Part shown: positions 21,501 to 46,610 of the stretch, one piece after another | Layout: each line of letters opens with the position of its first letter | How positions within the stretch are numbered: the first letter of the stretch is position 1 | Assembly (NCBI GenBank): GCA_002269645.1 | Contig: NIVC01000019.1 | Location: 992,001 to 1,056,000 of the forward strand | Direction of reading: 5' to 3' | From: Macrostomum lignano | Lineage: Eukaryota | Length of the DNA stretch: 64,000 nucleotides | The notes under the pieces: generated by a model | The model's database searches: none | What the model was told of the DNA's origin: nothing | The model's input: only the letters and a program-made list of their open reading frames with translations | Program-made: the position numbers and the translations under genes

Positions 21501-23907
21501 CCCTCTCCGTCTCTCCCTCTCCGTCTCGCCCTCTCCGTCTCTCCCCTTCTGTGTCTCCCTCTCCGTCTCGCCCTCTCCGTCTCTCCCTCTCCGTCTCTCT
21601 CTCTCCGTCTCTCCCCTTCTGTGTCTCCCTCTCCGTCTCGCCCTCTCCGTCTCTCCCTCTCCGTCTCTCCCCTTCTGTGTCTCCCTCTCCGTCTCTCCCC
21701 TTCTGTGTCTCCCTCTCCGTCTCGCCCTCTCCGTCTCTCCCTCTCCGTCTCTCTCTCTCCGTCTCTCCCTCTCCGTCTCTCCCTCTCCGTCTCTCCCTCT
21801 CCGTCTCTCCCTCTCCGTCTCGCCCTCTCCGTCTCTCCCCTTCTGTGTCTCCCTCTCCGTCTCGCCCTCTCCGTCTCTCCCTCTCCGTCTCTCTCTCTCC
21901 GTCTCTCCCCTTCTGTGTCTCCCTCTCCGTCTCGCCCTCTCCGTCTCTCCCTCTCCGTCTCTCTCTCTCTCCGTCTCTCCCCTTCTGTGTCTCCCTCTCC
22001 GTCTCTCCCCTTCTGTGTCTCCCTCTCCGTCTCTCCCTCTCCGTCTCTCCCCTTCTGTGTCTCCGTCTCCGTCTCGCCCTCTCCGTCTCTCCCTCTCCGT
22101 CTCTCTCTCTCCGTCTCTCCCTCTCCGTCTCTCCCCTTCTGTGTCTCCCTCTCCGTCTCGCCCTCTCCGTCTCTCCCTCTCCGTCTCTCTCTCTCCGTCT
22201 CTCCCCTTCTGTGTCTCCCTCTCCTTCTCTCCCCTTCTGTGTCTCCCTCTCCGTCTCGCCCTCTCCGTCTCTCCCTCTCCGTCTCTCTCTCTCCGTCTCT
22301 CCCTCTCCGTCTCTCCCTCTCCGTCTCTCCCTCCGTCTCTCCCTCTCCGTCTCTCCCCTTCTGTGTCTCCCTCTCCGTCTCGCCCTCTCCGTCTCTCCCT
22401 CTCCGTCTCTCCCTCTCCGTCTCTCCCCTTCTGTGTCTCCCTCTCCGTCTCTCCCTCTCCGTCTCTCCCCTTCTGTGTCTCCCTCTCCGTCTCGCCCTCT
22501 CCGTCTCTCCCTCTCCGTCTCTCTCTCTCCGTCTCTCCCCTTCTGTGTCTCCCTCTCCGTCTCTCCCCTTCTGTGTCTCCCTCTCCGTCTCGCCCTCTCC
22601 GTCTCTCCCTCTCCGTCTCTCCCTCTCCGTCTCTCCCCTTCTGTGTCTCCCTCTCCGTCTCTCCCTCTCCGTCTCTCCCCTTCTGTGTCTCCCTCTCCGT
22701 CTCGCCCTCTCCGTCTCTCCCTCTCCGTCTCTCTCTCTCCGTCTCTCCCTCTCCGTCTCTCCCTCTCCGTCTCTCCCTCTCCGTCTCTCCCTCTCCGTCT
22801 CTCCCCTTCTGTGTCTCCCTCTCCGTCTCTCCCTCTCCGTCTCTCCCCTTCTGTGTCTCCGTCTCCGTCTCGCCCTCTCCGTCTCTCCCTCTCCGTCTCT
22901 CTCTCTCCGTCTCTCCCTCTCCGTCTCTCCCCTTCTGTGTCTCCCTCTCCGTCTCTCCCTCTCCGTCTCTCCCCTTCTGTGTCTCCCTCTCCGTCTCGCC
23001 CTCTCCGTCTCTCCCTCTCCGTCTCTCCCTCTCCGTCTCTCCCTCTCCGTCTCTCCCCTTCTGTGTCTCCCTCTCCGTCTCGCCCTCTCCGTCTCTCCCT
23101 CTCCGTCTCTCTCTCTCCGTCTCTCCCTCTCCGTCTCTCCCTCTCCGTCTCTCCCTCTCCGTCTCTCCCTCTCCGTCTCTCCCCTTCTGTGTCTCCCTCT
23201 CCGTCTCTCCCTCTCCGTCTCTCCCCTTCTGTGTCTCCCTCTCCGTCTCGCCCTCTCCGTCTCTCCCTCTCCGTCTCTCCCTCTCCGTCTCTCCCTCTCC
23301 GTCTCTCCCTCTCCGTCTCTCCCCTTCTGTGTCTCCCTCTCCGTCTCTCCCTCTCCGTCTCTCCCCTTCTGTGTCTCCCTCTCCGTCTCGCCCTCTCCGT
23401 CTCTCCCTCTCCGTCTCTCTCTCTCCGTCTCTCCCTCTCCGTCTCTCCCCTTCTGTGTCTCCCTCTCCGTCTCTCCCTCTCCGTCTCTCCCCTTCTGTGT
23501 CTCCCTCTCCGTCTCTCTCTCTCCGTCTCTCCCTCTCCGTCTCTCCCTCTCCGTCTCTCCCCTTCTGTGTCTCCCTCTCCGTATCTCCCCTTCTGTGTCT
23601 CCCTCTCCGTCTCGCCCTCTCCGTCTCTCCCTCTCCGTCTCTCCCCTTCTGTGTCTCCCTCTCCGTCTCTCTCTCTCCGTCTCTCCCTCTCCGTCTCTCC
23701 CTCTCCGTCTCTCCCCTTCTGTGTCTCCCTCTCCGTCTCTCCCCTTCTGTGTCTCCCTCTCCGTCTCGCCCTCTCCGTCTCTCCCCTTCTGTGTCTCCCT
23801 CTCCGTCTCGCCCTCTCCGTCTCTCCCTCTCCGTCTCTCCCTCTCCGTCTCTCCCTCTCCGTCTCTCCCCTTCTGTGTCTCCCTCTCCGTCTCTCCCTCT
23901 CCGTCTC
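18506..23907. repeat. 5.4-kb pyrimidine-rich satellite, 14-bp CTCCCTCTCCGTCT with a 16-bp variant CTCCCCTTCTGTGTCT
   Basis: Continuous tandem array with long internal duplications. Confidence 0.97.
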
Positions 23908-25478
23908 CCCATCACTCTCGGCCCCACTCTATTCCTCAGTGTCATAGTCACCCTGTTCCAACTGTGATTGACAATTGACAGTTATGCACACAAATTTACA
24001 CAATAGATAACTTGAATGCTTGTCACTATCAGTCAGAGCTTTCTGTAATGACAATAATTGCTAAAATACAATCAATATCTCCACATTATATCCCAGTCTA
24101 TTCATTGCATGTCGGCAGCCACTTACAGAACACAAACCGAGATCTCATCGGTGCACGCACGCCATTTATTGTACGACCCCATTGAAGTCAATTGAAATTT
24201 ATCCGTGTTGTATACTGAGGAAACCGTCAAGGACCTCAAAACCGCTTTCTCTCCCTCTATCTCCCTTGAAAGAAAATTAGCGTGCAAATCAACTTGACCT
24301 TATCTATAATGGCACATCAGCAGCTCATCAACATCATTAGTTAGCGGCGGTGTTGCACAAACACTGCAGGTTATCATATACAATTGACAACTGTGTGTGC
24401 CCGACAATGTCATATACAAAGCCAATTTTCTCAATGGGTGGGGGTGGAGCAGGACAGGCAAAAGCAACGCAAGCAGGAGAAAAAGTTCGAACAATTTCAT
24501 CATGCAATGCAGGTCAACGGTATTTTTAGTAGGTTGCATGCAAGGTCACTTGAAGACTCCAGCAGTTGACATTATTAGGGCGTTATACGCTAACTACGCT
24601 CCTAAATGCCCTTAACGTGAGAGATCGTCCATTTTTTCGTTCAAATATCAAAAGCAATCTCTAGAACAAGAGCTAATTAGCAACCAAGACTTATTAGAGA
24701 ATTTTAATCCCAGCAACTTCTAATTCCTTCGTTGGATTAGAGCAGTGAACTTTTGCTATGACGAGATAAATTCTCCTCGAAATCCATGCGAGTTGGCCTT
24801 TAGCACCCTTTTAAGAAAAGAGCGGCTTTTACTGTAGGGGATTGGAGCATCAATTGCTAGACTTGGCAATTTTCATTGTATTGTAGTTGCCAGGCCGCGG
24901 ACAGAACAGACAGCCGCAATATTGCTTGACCTCATGGATGCAGCTATCATCATCATAATACCCAAATTTTCATCCATTTGCACCCTTTAGAGCTGGCCCA
25001 ATCTGCAGATCCCCAAGCCAAATTTTGTAGCGGTCGGTTAATTTAGCGTGACCATGCAGAGAGAGAATCGCTTGAGCTCTCGTCTGTGCTCAACTAACCG
25101 GAACCTCTCTCATGCTTTATGCTCAGTGAAGTTTCTATTCAATTTTCAACAGTTTTCTAACAATGTTTCGCCTGTTGAACCTGAGCAAGTTGCAAATATT
25201 AATGGGATTGGGCTTGGGATGCGGGCGGCCCTTCAGCACGGTCCAGATTGTTGCGGTGCTGTACACCCCCCAAGGCGATGAATCAATATTGTATGATAAA
25301 GCTCGACAGAGGTCTCCATTGTCTGTGAGCCCGCGGGGGTTGTTGCCAACCAACTGACCATTCATTCCATACAGCTCCGGGCGGTTCCATCTTTGTTAAA
25401 TTGGTCTCGATGCCCTCTGTGTATCGGTGAAAATCTTGTGCCCTTCAATACACAGGAGCAACAGAAACTGTCGGCACC

Positions 25479-25850
25479 GTCTCTCCTTCCCCTCTCTTTT
25501 CCTTCTCTTCCCCCCTTTTTTTCCTCTCTCTTCCCCCTCTCTTTCCCTTCTCTTTCTCTTTCCCTCTCTTCCCCCTCTCTTCCCCCCTCTCTTCCCCCTC
25601 TCTTCCCCTCTCTTCCCCCTCTCTTCCCCTCTCTTCCCCTCTCTCCCCCTCTCTTCCCCCTCTCTTCCCCTCCCTTCCCCCTCTCTTCCCCCTCTCTTCC
25701 CTCTCTCCCCCTCTCTTCCCCCTCTTTTCCCCCTCCCTTCCCTTCCCTTTCTCTCTTTCCCCTCTCTTTCTCCTCTTTTCCCTTCTCTTCTCCTCTCTTC
25801 CACTCTCTTTCCCCTCTGCCCTCTCTCTTCTCCCCTCTTTTCTCTCCCCA
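25479..25850. repeat. (TCTCTTCCCC)n pyrimidine array
   Basis: About 10-bp unit. Confidence 0.9.
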
Positions 25851-26534
25851 AAGAACAGCAAATTTGATGACCCATTGCAAATTTCGAAAGCAACTGCAGG
25901 ATGCTTAAAATTATTCATTTTAAACTCAGACTACGTGTTTCGAAAATTCTTATAAAGGCTTCTTAGTGCAGTACTAACCATAGAAACATCATTTTTGGAT
26001 TCATTCGGGTTAAATTCAATCAATTCTATTGCAAATTTGACTCATGTCTGTTCTAGACAGGGTCCATAGCCTCCAGAGGTCCTCGATTTGCGATGCTTCT
26101 ATGTGATAAGCCGGAAGCTCAAATGCGCGAAGACACACGCTGAGGTCTCACAGTGGACTGAAAGCTAGTTGTTTCTCGGGAAAAAATGAAATCGAAATCT
26201 GACTGAGATCTCACATCGAACTGAACTCACGCGGATAATGGTCTAGACATTATAGTGCATGCTCTAATGCCCCCACCGATTTGCAGTCAGTAGAAGGTTG
26301 TAGCAGAGACTTAACATGCTTATTTTAGCCATTGCCGAATCTGTCTAAATCTCCTAAACTCCCTGCGTGTGATTTTTTGCACATTTTTAGGGCTGCTAAG
26401 GTATCGGGGGAGAAAAGTTAGGTATTAGGGTGGGGGATTATCAGATACAGATGTGTGGATAGTAATGTCCTGCAATCTGCTTCGAGAAGGTACGAAGAGA
26501 AAGCATAGATAAAACTATATGGATGGAGGCACAA

Positions 26535-27400
26535 GATGAGGGAAGAGAGAGGGGAAGAGAGGGGAAGAGAGGGGAAGAGAGAGGGGAAGAGAGGGGAAGA
26601 GAGGGGAAGAGAGAGGGGAAGAGAGGGGAAGAGAGGGGAAGAGAGGGGGGAAGAGCTGGGGGAAGAGAGAGGAAGAGAGGGGGAAGAGAGAGGGGAAGAG
26701 AGGGGAAGAGAGGGGAAGCTGGAAGAGAGGGGAAGAGAGGGGAAGAGAGGGGGAAGAGAGAGGGGAAGAGAGAGGGGAAGAGAAGGGAAGAGAGGGGAAG
26801 AGAGGGGAAGAGAGGGGAAGAGAGGGGAAGAGAGGGGAAGAGAGGGGAAGAGAGGGGAAGAGGGGAAGAGAGGGGAAGAGAGGGGAAGAGAGGGGGGAAG
26901 AGAGGGGAAGACATGGGGGAAGAGCTGGGGGAAGAGAGGGGAAGAGATGGGGGAAGAGAGGGGAAGAGAAGGGGAAGAGAAGGGAAGAGAGGGGAAGAGA
27001 GGGGAAGAGGGGAAGAGAGGGGAAGAGAGGGGAAGAGAGGGGGGAAGAGAGGGGAAGACATGGGGGAAGAGAGGGGAAGAGCTGGGGGAAGAGAGGGGAA
27101 GAGATGGGGGAAGAGAGGGGAAGAGAAGGGGAAGAGAGAGGGGAAGAGAGAGGGGAAGAGAGAGGGGAAGAGAGGGGAAGAGAGAGGGGAAGAGAGAGGG
27201 GAAGAGAGGTGGAAGAGAGAGGGGAAGAGAGGGGAAGAGAGGGGAAGAGAGGGGAAGAGAGGGGAAGAGAGGGTAAAGAGGGGAAGAGATGGGGGAAGAG
27301 GGGAAGAGAGGGGAAGAGAGGGAAAGAGAGGGGAAGAGATGGGGGAAGAGAGGGGAAGAGAGAGGGGAAGAGATGGGGGAAGAGAGGGGAAGAGAGGAGA
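26535..27400. repeat. (GGGGAAGAGA)n purine array
   Basis: About 10-bp unit, reverse complement of the 25.5-kb array. Confidence 0.92.
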
Positions 27401-28959
27401 ATAGTAGAATCAGCAGAATCAAAAGTTAAGTTCCCAGAGACCAGAGCAGGAGGCGCCAATTCATGTTGACTTAGTCTATCTGCTTGTTGACTTTCCTAAA
27501 TCATACAAAAGCAATTATGCAATTCAGCTTTTATAGCCGCTAGCGTTGCACAGTGTTATTCGAGAAGGTCGACAGGAATAGAGCAAATATATGAGCTTCT
27601 TTGAGAGCAAAACTTCTAGTTGCTAGCCGAATGGACCAATAACTTTATATATGTTTTTGAAAATCCAACAAGCCAACAGAAGCAAAAGAATAGATTTACA
27701 AAACACTCCTCCCAATGCTTTAAAACAACAAACAGACTCTGGCAGTGTTCTGTTTATTGTTTTTATTGATGCGACTTTTGACATCTGTGGTTCCGCCTGC
27801 AGAGCAAAGGAAAGCGAAAAAATGCTTCAGTTTTTCTGCATAGAATAGGTAAGATTCTGGAAAACATATCATTAGATCTGACACAGCGATCAAAATATGT
27901 CTTTTATGCAGCATTTTCATTTCCATGCTTTTGGACAACTGCATGCCCGTCAGTCTGTCAGTTGTCTCCCAAATGCTCCATCCCTATCTGCCGCTTCCAT
28001 CACAGAGCCTAATTATATTCTTGGAATACAAAGCTAACTTTTGAAAAATAGAGATTTTCGCCCCAGCAGAAGAAGACAAGAAATTCCTACGGAACACCTG
28101 ACTCTGGAGTCTTTGTCTGGACGGCACGCCTGCACCTGCTGCAGCCATGGTTCGTGACCTTCAGGCTTTTAGTCCCCTGTCATCCCCTTTCTTCCGCTTC
28201 ACAACGCCAGGCTGCAAGTTCAAGCATGGAAGCAGGTGTGCCAACTCGAAGGCGAACGGAGTCAAGTGTGCTTAATGATTAGCAGCGGGGTCAACCGAGG
28301 TCGAGTGCAAGAATCTGCGAATAGCGTGCGGAGCCACGAAACGTGACAGCGCAGCGTTTCACAGTTTTGTTTTTGTGACAAAAGGTGCGAAAACGGGAAC
28401 GGGGGTGTCAAGGTTATTTTTAGACTGAGGCCTAGCATAACCGTTAGCGCCACTCTGTAGCTTTAGCACCGATGGTGTTGACTTGACCCCCAGGTCTCCG
28501 CTGATGCGCTGGCCGAAATGTGAGGAATTTCGTATTTTTCAAATCAGTTTCTGAATCTTTGGCTAAATCTGTTTTTAATGCACCATGCTTTTACTTAATG
28601 CGCAGGATCAACTACTGCACAGTAGAATGGCAGGATTTTATACAATTATCAACTTACTCATACTTTGAATATACATATTGCAGTAAAATGAGCTCAATGC
28701 TTACCTACCGAATAACCTTACTTATCATATCGATCTACCTATTCGTATTTCCTTAACAGCCTGTTTACTACCTTACCTATTTACCTAGCTACTGATGATG
28801 CTCAGTAGAAGAAGTAAGCTACAAACCTGTACCTAACTCTCTACCTACCACGGATCTACTTATCTGTCTACCAGCCTATCTACCAGAAAAATTAGCTAAC
28901 TGCTATCTGCTCAGTTTACAAGCCCACAGACCATTTCTGACCTAACCTACAGTAACTCC

Positions 28960-29432
28960 CAACCTACTTATCTACCTACCTACTTATCTACCTACCTACT
29001 CACCTACCTACCTGCCTACTTACCTACCCACCTACTTACCTATTTACCTACTAACCTACTTGCCTACTTTACCTGCTTACCTACCTACCTACTTACCTAC
29101 CTACAATGTACCTACCTACCTACCTACCTACTTACTTACCTACCTACCTACCTACCTACCTACCTACCTACCTTCCTACCTACCTACCTACCCACCTACA
29201 ATGTACCTACCTACCTACCTACCTACTTACTTACCTACCTACCTACCTACCTACCTACCTACATACATACCTACTTACCTATTTACCTACTAACCTACTT
29301 GCCAACTTTACCTGCTTACCTACCTACCTACCTACCTACCTACCTACCTACTACCTACCTACCTACCTACCTACCTACCTACTACCTACCTACCTACCTA
29401 CCTACCTACCTATCTATCTATCTATCAATCTA
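28960..29432. repeat. (CTAC)n microsatellite
   Basis: Imperfect tetranucleotide array. Confidence 0.92.
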
Positions 29433-29720
29433 TCTAACCTGTTCCACATCGCACGAGTGAAAATACGCTAATACTGCAAGAAAATCCGATTAAACTACTA
29501 TTAGTAGAAAAAGTAGAACTTAGTAGAACTAATTAGAAAATCTGGGATATTTTATTATACCACTATCATTCCAGCCGCACGGAAGGAATTCTACCCGGAT
29601 TGGCCGGGAGGAAACAGACCATGCATCCATAGAAACCGTGTGCCTCTCCTTAAGTGCTTATTTATTGCCAAGCAGAAACAATGCAGCAATGCAAACTCAG
29701 CGTAATGGCAAAACCGCGAA

Positions 29721-42071
<12,351 letters not shown>

Positions 42072-42110
42072 AGGCCCCGACCACCAACTTTCTGAATATA
42101 TTGACGACTC

Positions 42111-42116
42111 AATAAA
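42111..42116 (+). terminator. Polyadenylation signal of the iGluR gene
   Basis: AATAAA 40 nt after the stop codon. Confidence 0.55.
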
Positions 42117-42349
42117 AGCTTAAGTAAACTATGGCTACAATGCCTCGTCAGCTAATCAGTAAAGTTGAACAATTCGAGTTAAGTTCAAGTTACTTATTGA
42201 CTTGACATCAAGATTCATAATGCGCAACATATTTATTTGATATTAATTTAAGTTCAAACCTGTTATTAATGAGAGACAAATGAAAATCAAAATATACAGC
42301 TTACAATCCTTTGTTTCCTTTATTCACCCATTACAAAGTCTCAGTTGAA

Positions 42350-43400
42350 TCTCACTCCGCTCACCACACCTCACCACATCTCGCCCCCAGCCCAGCCTCC
42401 CACATACCACACCACCCCCATCCCAGCCTCCCAAATCCCATACTACCCCCATCCCAGCCTCCCAAATCCCATACTACCCCCATCCAAGCCTCCCATCTAC
42501 CACACTCCACCCATCCTGCATTCTTCATCACACCTCCTACATCCCACACTCCCCATCCCAGCCTCCGACATCCCACACTCCCCATCCCAGCCTCCGACAT
42601 CCCACACTCCCCATCCCATAATCCGCCATCACACATTCCGTCATTCTACACTCCCCCATCCCACACTTTCCAATCCCACAATCCCCCATCCCACACTTCC
42701 CAATCCCACAATCCCCCATCCTACACTTTCCAATCCTACAATCCCACACTCCCCCATCCTACACTTTCCAATCCTACAATCCCACACTCCCCCATCCTAC
42801 ACTTCCCAATCCCACAATCCCCCATCCTACACTTTCCAATCCTACAATCCCACACTCCCCCATCCTACACTTCCCCATCCTACACTCCCCCATCCTACAC
42901 TTCCCCATCCCACACTCCCCATCCCAGCCTCCGACATCCCACACTCCCCATCCCAGCCTCCGACATCCCACACTCCCCATCCCATAATCCGCCATCACAC
43001 ATTCCGTCATTCTACACTCCCCCATCCCACACTTTCCAATCCCACAATCCCCCATCCTACACTTCCCAATCCCACAATCCCCCATCCTACACTTTCCAAT
43101 CCTACAATCCCCACACTCCCCCATCCTACACTTCCCCATCCTACACTCCCCCATCCTACACTTTCCAATCCTACAATCCCCACACTCCCCCATCCTACAC
43201 TTCCCCATCCTACACTCCCCCATCCTACACTTTCCAATCCTACAATCCCCAATCCCACACTCCCCCATCCAACACTTCCCCAAGCCCACTCGAATCTCAT
43301 TCGATTCCACACTACGGAGATACCACACTCCCTATGGCACTTCTCAATCCCACACCCTCTATCCCACATTCCATATCCAACATTTACCCAGTGTCCCATT
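42350..43400. repeat. C-rich degenerate repeat (CCCATCCCACACTCC-like)
   Basis: About 15-bp units with an internal block duplication. Confidence 0.88.
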
Positions 43401-43691
43401 CTGCATTGACCAATCCACACCATCTAACTACCTCATCTCAAACTCATCTTATCCCTAATGTCAGTCAGACAGGCGAGGGAATTGTCCTTTAGAATTTTCT
43501 TGCCGAGTTACGCATCTTCCTATCAATTGATACAATTAATGCACAGATGTACATGTGGATATTTCATCACAGATAAATTTTGGTCTTAATATTAATAAGA
43601 GGAGAATTGTGAGTCGAGTAGTTATTAAAAGACAGTACACAACAGTTTGAGCACCCCAACAGAGAAATCAGTGCAAGTCCACTCAGGTAGA

Positions 43692-43873
43692 CTAGTATTG
43701 ATCAACATTGAGCACCAGATTGCCCAGCCCGTCATCTGTCGAGTAGGCCTCCTCGGCCACCTCAGCGTTTGCTTCGCCCGGCAGCGACACCATGGAGCTC
43801 TGCGTGCCAAAGGCCACCCGGCTGAAGATGCTGCGCCGCGTCTTCAGGACTTTGTGCTTGTTGGCTGGCGGGC
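43692..43873 (-). CDS. NPC1: NPC1 alternative terminal exon 10B (GPPANKHKVLKTRRSIF..NVDQY*)
   Basis: Strong pyrimidine tract plus CAG, phase 1, GC-rich island; GPPANKHK resembles the GPSVNKAK that follows LSYI in vertebrate NPC1. Confidence 0.7.
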
Positions 43874-43889
43874 CTGCGATGGGAAGGGT

Positions 43890-44795
43890 TGAGGGAGTGA
43901 GGCGGATGTGGAGTGAGGTGGGTGTGCGGAGTGAGGCGGATGTGGAGTGAGGGGGGTGTGCGGAGTGAGGTGGTTGTGGAGTGAGATGGGTGTGAGAGTG
44001 AGGTGGGTGTGAGAGTGAGGTAGGTGTGAGAGTGAGGTGGGTGTGAGAGTGAGGTGGATTTGGAGTGAGGTGAATGTGAGAGTGAGGTGGTTGCGGAGTG
44101 AGGTGGATGTGGAGTGAGGTGGGTGTAGAGTGAGGTGGTTGTGGAGTGAGGTGGGTGTAGAGTGAGGTGGTTGTGGAGTGAGGTGGTTGTGGAGTGAGGT
44201 GGGTGTGGAGTGAGGTGGGTGTGGAGTGAGGTGGGTGTGGAGTGAGGTGGGTGTGGAGTGAGGTGGGTGTGGAGTGCGGTGGGTGTGGAGTGAGGTAGGA
44301 GTGGAGTGAGGTGGGGTACAGAGTAAGATGGGTGTGCAGAGTGAGGCGGGTGTGGAGTGAGGTGGGTGTGGAGTGCGGTGGGTGTGGAGTGAGCTGGGTG
44401 TGAGAATGAGCTGGGTGTGAGAGTGAATTGGGTGTGAAAGTGAGGTGGGTGTGAGAGTGAGCTGGGTGTGAGAGTGAGTTGGGTGTGAGTGACTTGGGTG
44501 TGAGAGTGAGGTGGGTGTGAGAGTGAGTTGGGTGTGAGAGTGAGTTGGGTGTGAGTGAGTTGGGTGTGAGAGTGAGTTGGGTGTGAGAGTGAGTTGGGTG
44601 TGAGAGTGAGTTGGGTGTGAGAGTGAGTTGGGTGTGAGAGTGAGTTGGGTGTGAGAGTGAGTTGGGTGTGAGAGTGAGCTGGGTGTGAGAGTGAGTTGGG
44701 TGTGAGAGTGAGTTGGGTGTGAGAGTGAGCTGGGTGTGAGAGTGAGTTGGGTGTGAGAGTGAGGTGGGTGTGAAAGTGAGGTGGGTGTGGAGTGA
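43890..44795. repeat. GT-rich repeat GGAGTGAGGTGGGTGT / GAGAGTGAGTTGGGTGT
   Basis: 16-17 bp units. Confidence 0.9.
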
Positions 44796-45594
44796 CAAAT
44801 TTTTCAGTTGAAGTTTTTCATTTTTAATCGCCTTAGTTACAATGTAGAACTTACAATTAAAAAAATTACATGTACGATGTACCTGTAGGAAACCTAAATG
44901 CTTTCACATACTAAATAATACTGAGAACCTACGTAACAAATTCGATAATAAATTAGCTGTCAAAATCAAGGTGTGCAAATCAAGCGCTGCGCTTATAATC
45001 AAGCAGTGTTAACCTCCTTTAACCGTACTTAAAAATCGAAGCAAAGGCGCCAAGACAATTCAGGATTAAAAATTAAAAATTAATGTGATGATGCCTGTAA
45101 TGCTCTTATGCATAACACATGTACTTGATATTGTTTAAAGGTCGAACTTACTATTAATGAGACAGCTGACAATCGAAATTTACTGCTTAAAATCTGAGTC
45201 GGATAAATATTCTTAATAGGCTGGGCATAAAATTGTATTTAATTTTTATAAATGTCTCATAGAGCATGAGAGAATTAATATTAAAATGCGCGAACAATGC
45301 GGTAACTTCGTTCCATCATTAACACAAAACTGGAGGAAAGCGAGCGGTAGGCAGATGCATCATGGCTGGGATAGCAGTTCTTTGCGGCTGCTTTAAATTC
45401 ATGATTTATTACTGGGAATAAATAATTCATATCACACTATATATATTAGGTTGTTGATCCGTAATAAATGTTAGATCCAATATCCGGCACTTGTGAAATT
45501 TTTCAGATGCAAAAATCAGAGACTGAGATGGAGATAGAAAATACTCGTAGGTAATGAGATGGATAGAAATTGAAATATTATAAAATGGAATGAA

Positions 45595-46190
45595 TATGAG
45601 ATGAGAGACATAGAATATGGAGATAGGAGAGATAGACTATGAGATGAGAGAGATAGAATATGGAGATATGAGAGATAGACTTTGAGATGAGAGAGATAGA
45701 ATATGGAGACAGGAGAGATTGACTTTGAGATGAGAGAGATAGAATATGGAGATAGGACAGATAGACTATGAGATGAGAGAGATAGAATATGGAGACAGGA
45801 GAGATTGACTTTGAGATGAGAGAGATAGAATATGGAGATAGGACAGATAGACTATGAGATGAGAGAGATAGAATATGGAGATAGGAGAGAGAGACTATGA
45901 GATGAGAGAGATAGAATATGGAGACAGGAGAGATTGACTTTGAGATGAGAGAGATAGAATATGGAGATAGGACAGATAGACTATGAGATGAGAGAGATAG
46001 AATATGGAGATAGGAGAGAGAGACTATGAGATGAGAGAGATAGAATATGGAGATAGGACAGATAGACTATGAGATGAGAGAGATAGAATATGGAGACAGG
46101 AGAGATTGACTTTGAGATGAGAGAGATAGAATATGGAGATGAGAGAGATAGAATATGAGATGAGAGAGATAGACGGTGAGATGGAAGGTG
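45595..46190. repeat. 43-bp purine-rich minisatellite GAGATGAGAGAGATAGAATATGGAGATAGGAGAGATAGACTAT
   Basis: About 13 units. Confidence 0.92.
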
Positions 46191-46474
46191 AGATGAGAAA
46201 AGAACGTGCACAAAGAGAAGCAAAGAAAGGTGACAAGTGCCAGACAGAACACTCAAATTAAATACGTGCAAAGCGAAATTTTTACGAGAAAAAAGACAGC
46301 AATAATCTTGCAGTACTACTGAGGCTCGAGTAGAGTGAACTGATAATTAACAATCGAGAAATATGAAGCAGATTTCTGTCTGGACACAGCAAACCATTAC
46401 AAAATAGATGGGGGGCATACAATATAATAAAAAAGGAATATAAAATCTACAATAATCGATATTGTGCAATTGGC

Positions 46475-46480
46475 TTTAAT
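46475..46480 (-). terminator. Candidate polyadenylation signal (ATTAAA) after NPC1 exon 10A
   Basis: ATTAAA on the minus strand about 130 nt after the stop. Confidence 0.35.
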
Positions 46481-46610
46481 AGTGAGAGGAGTTCACAAAG
46501 GTCACTTCTGTAAACCAACAGGTCCAATCAGATTGGCAAGATTCAACGGAGTCTACAGTTTCTTATTTGAGTAGTTTCACAGATTCCGCCCCACTCGGGC
46601 CTCATCATTT

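Noticed and set aside
18212-23978. Four ORFs of 1800-1900 aa
   Set aside because: They are translations of a 14-bp satellite, open in several frames on both strands, with no domain and no exon-like composition.
16834-28080. Shared 14-mer CAGAAGAAGACAAG at 16834-16847 and 28067-28080, each followed by TCTGGAGTC
   Set aside because: Similarity does not extend further; low-complexity purine word; no support for a duplicated exon.
28390-28495. Possible structured RNA (GGGGGTGTCAAG..CTTGACCCCC)
   Set aside because: Imperfect stem, no tRNA cloverleaf or A/B boxes, no snRNA or SL motif recognised.
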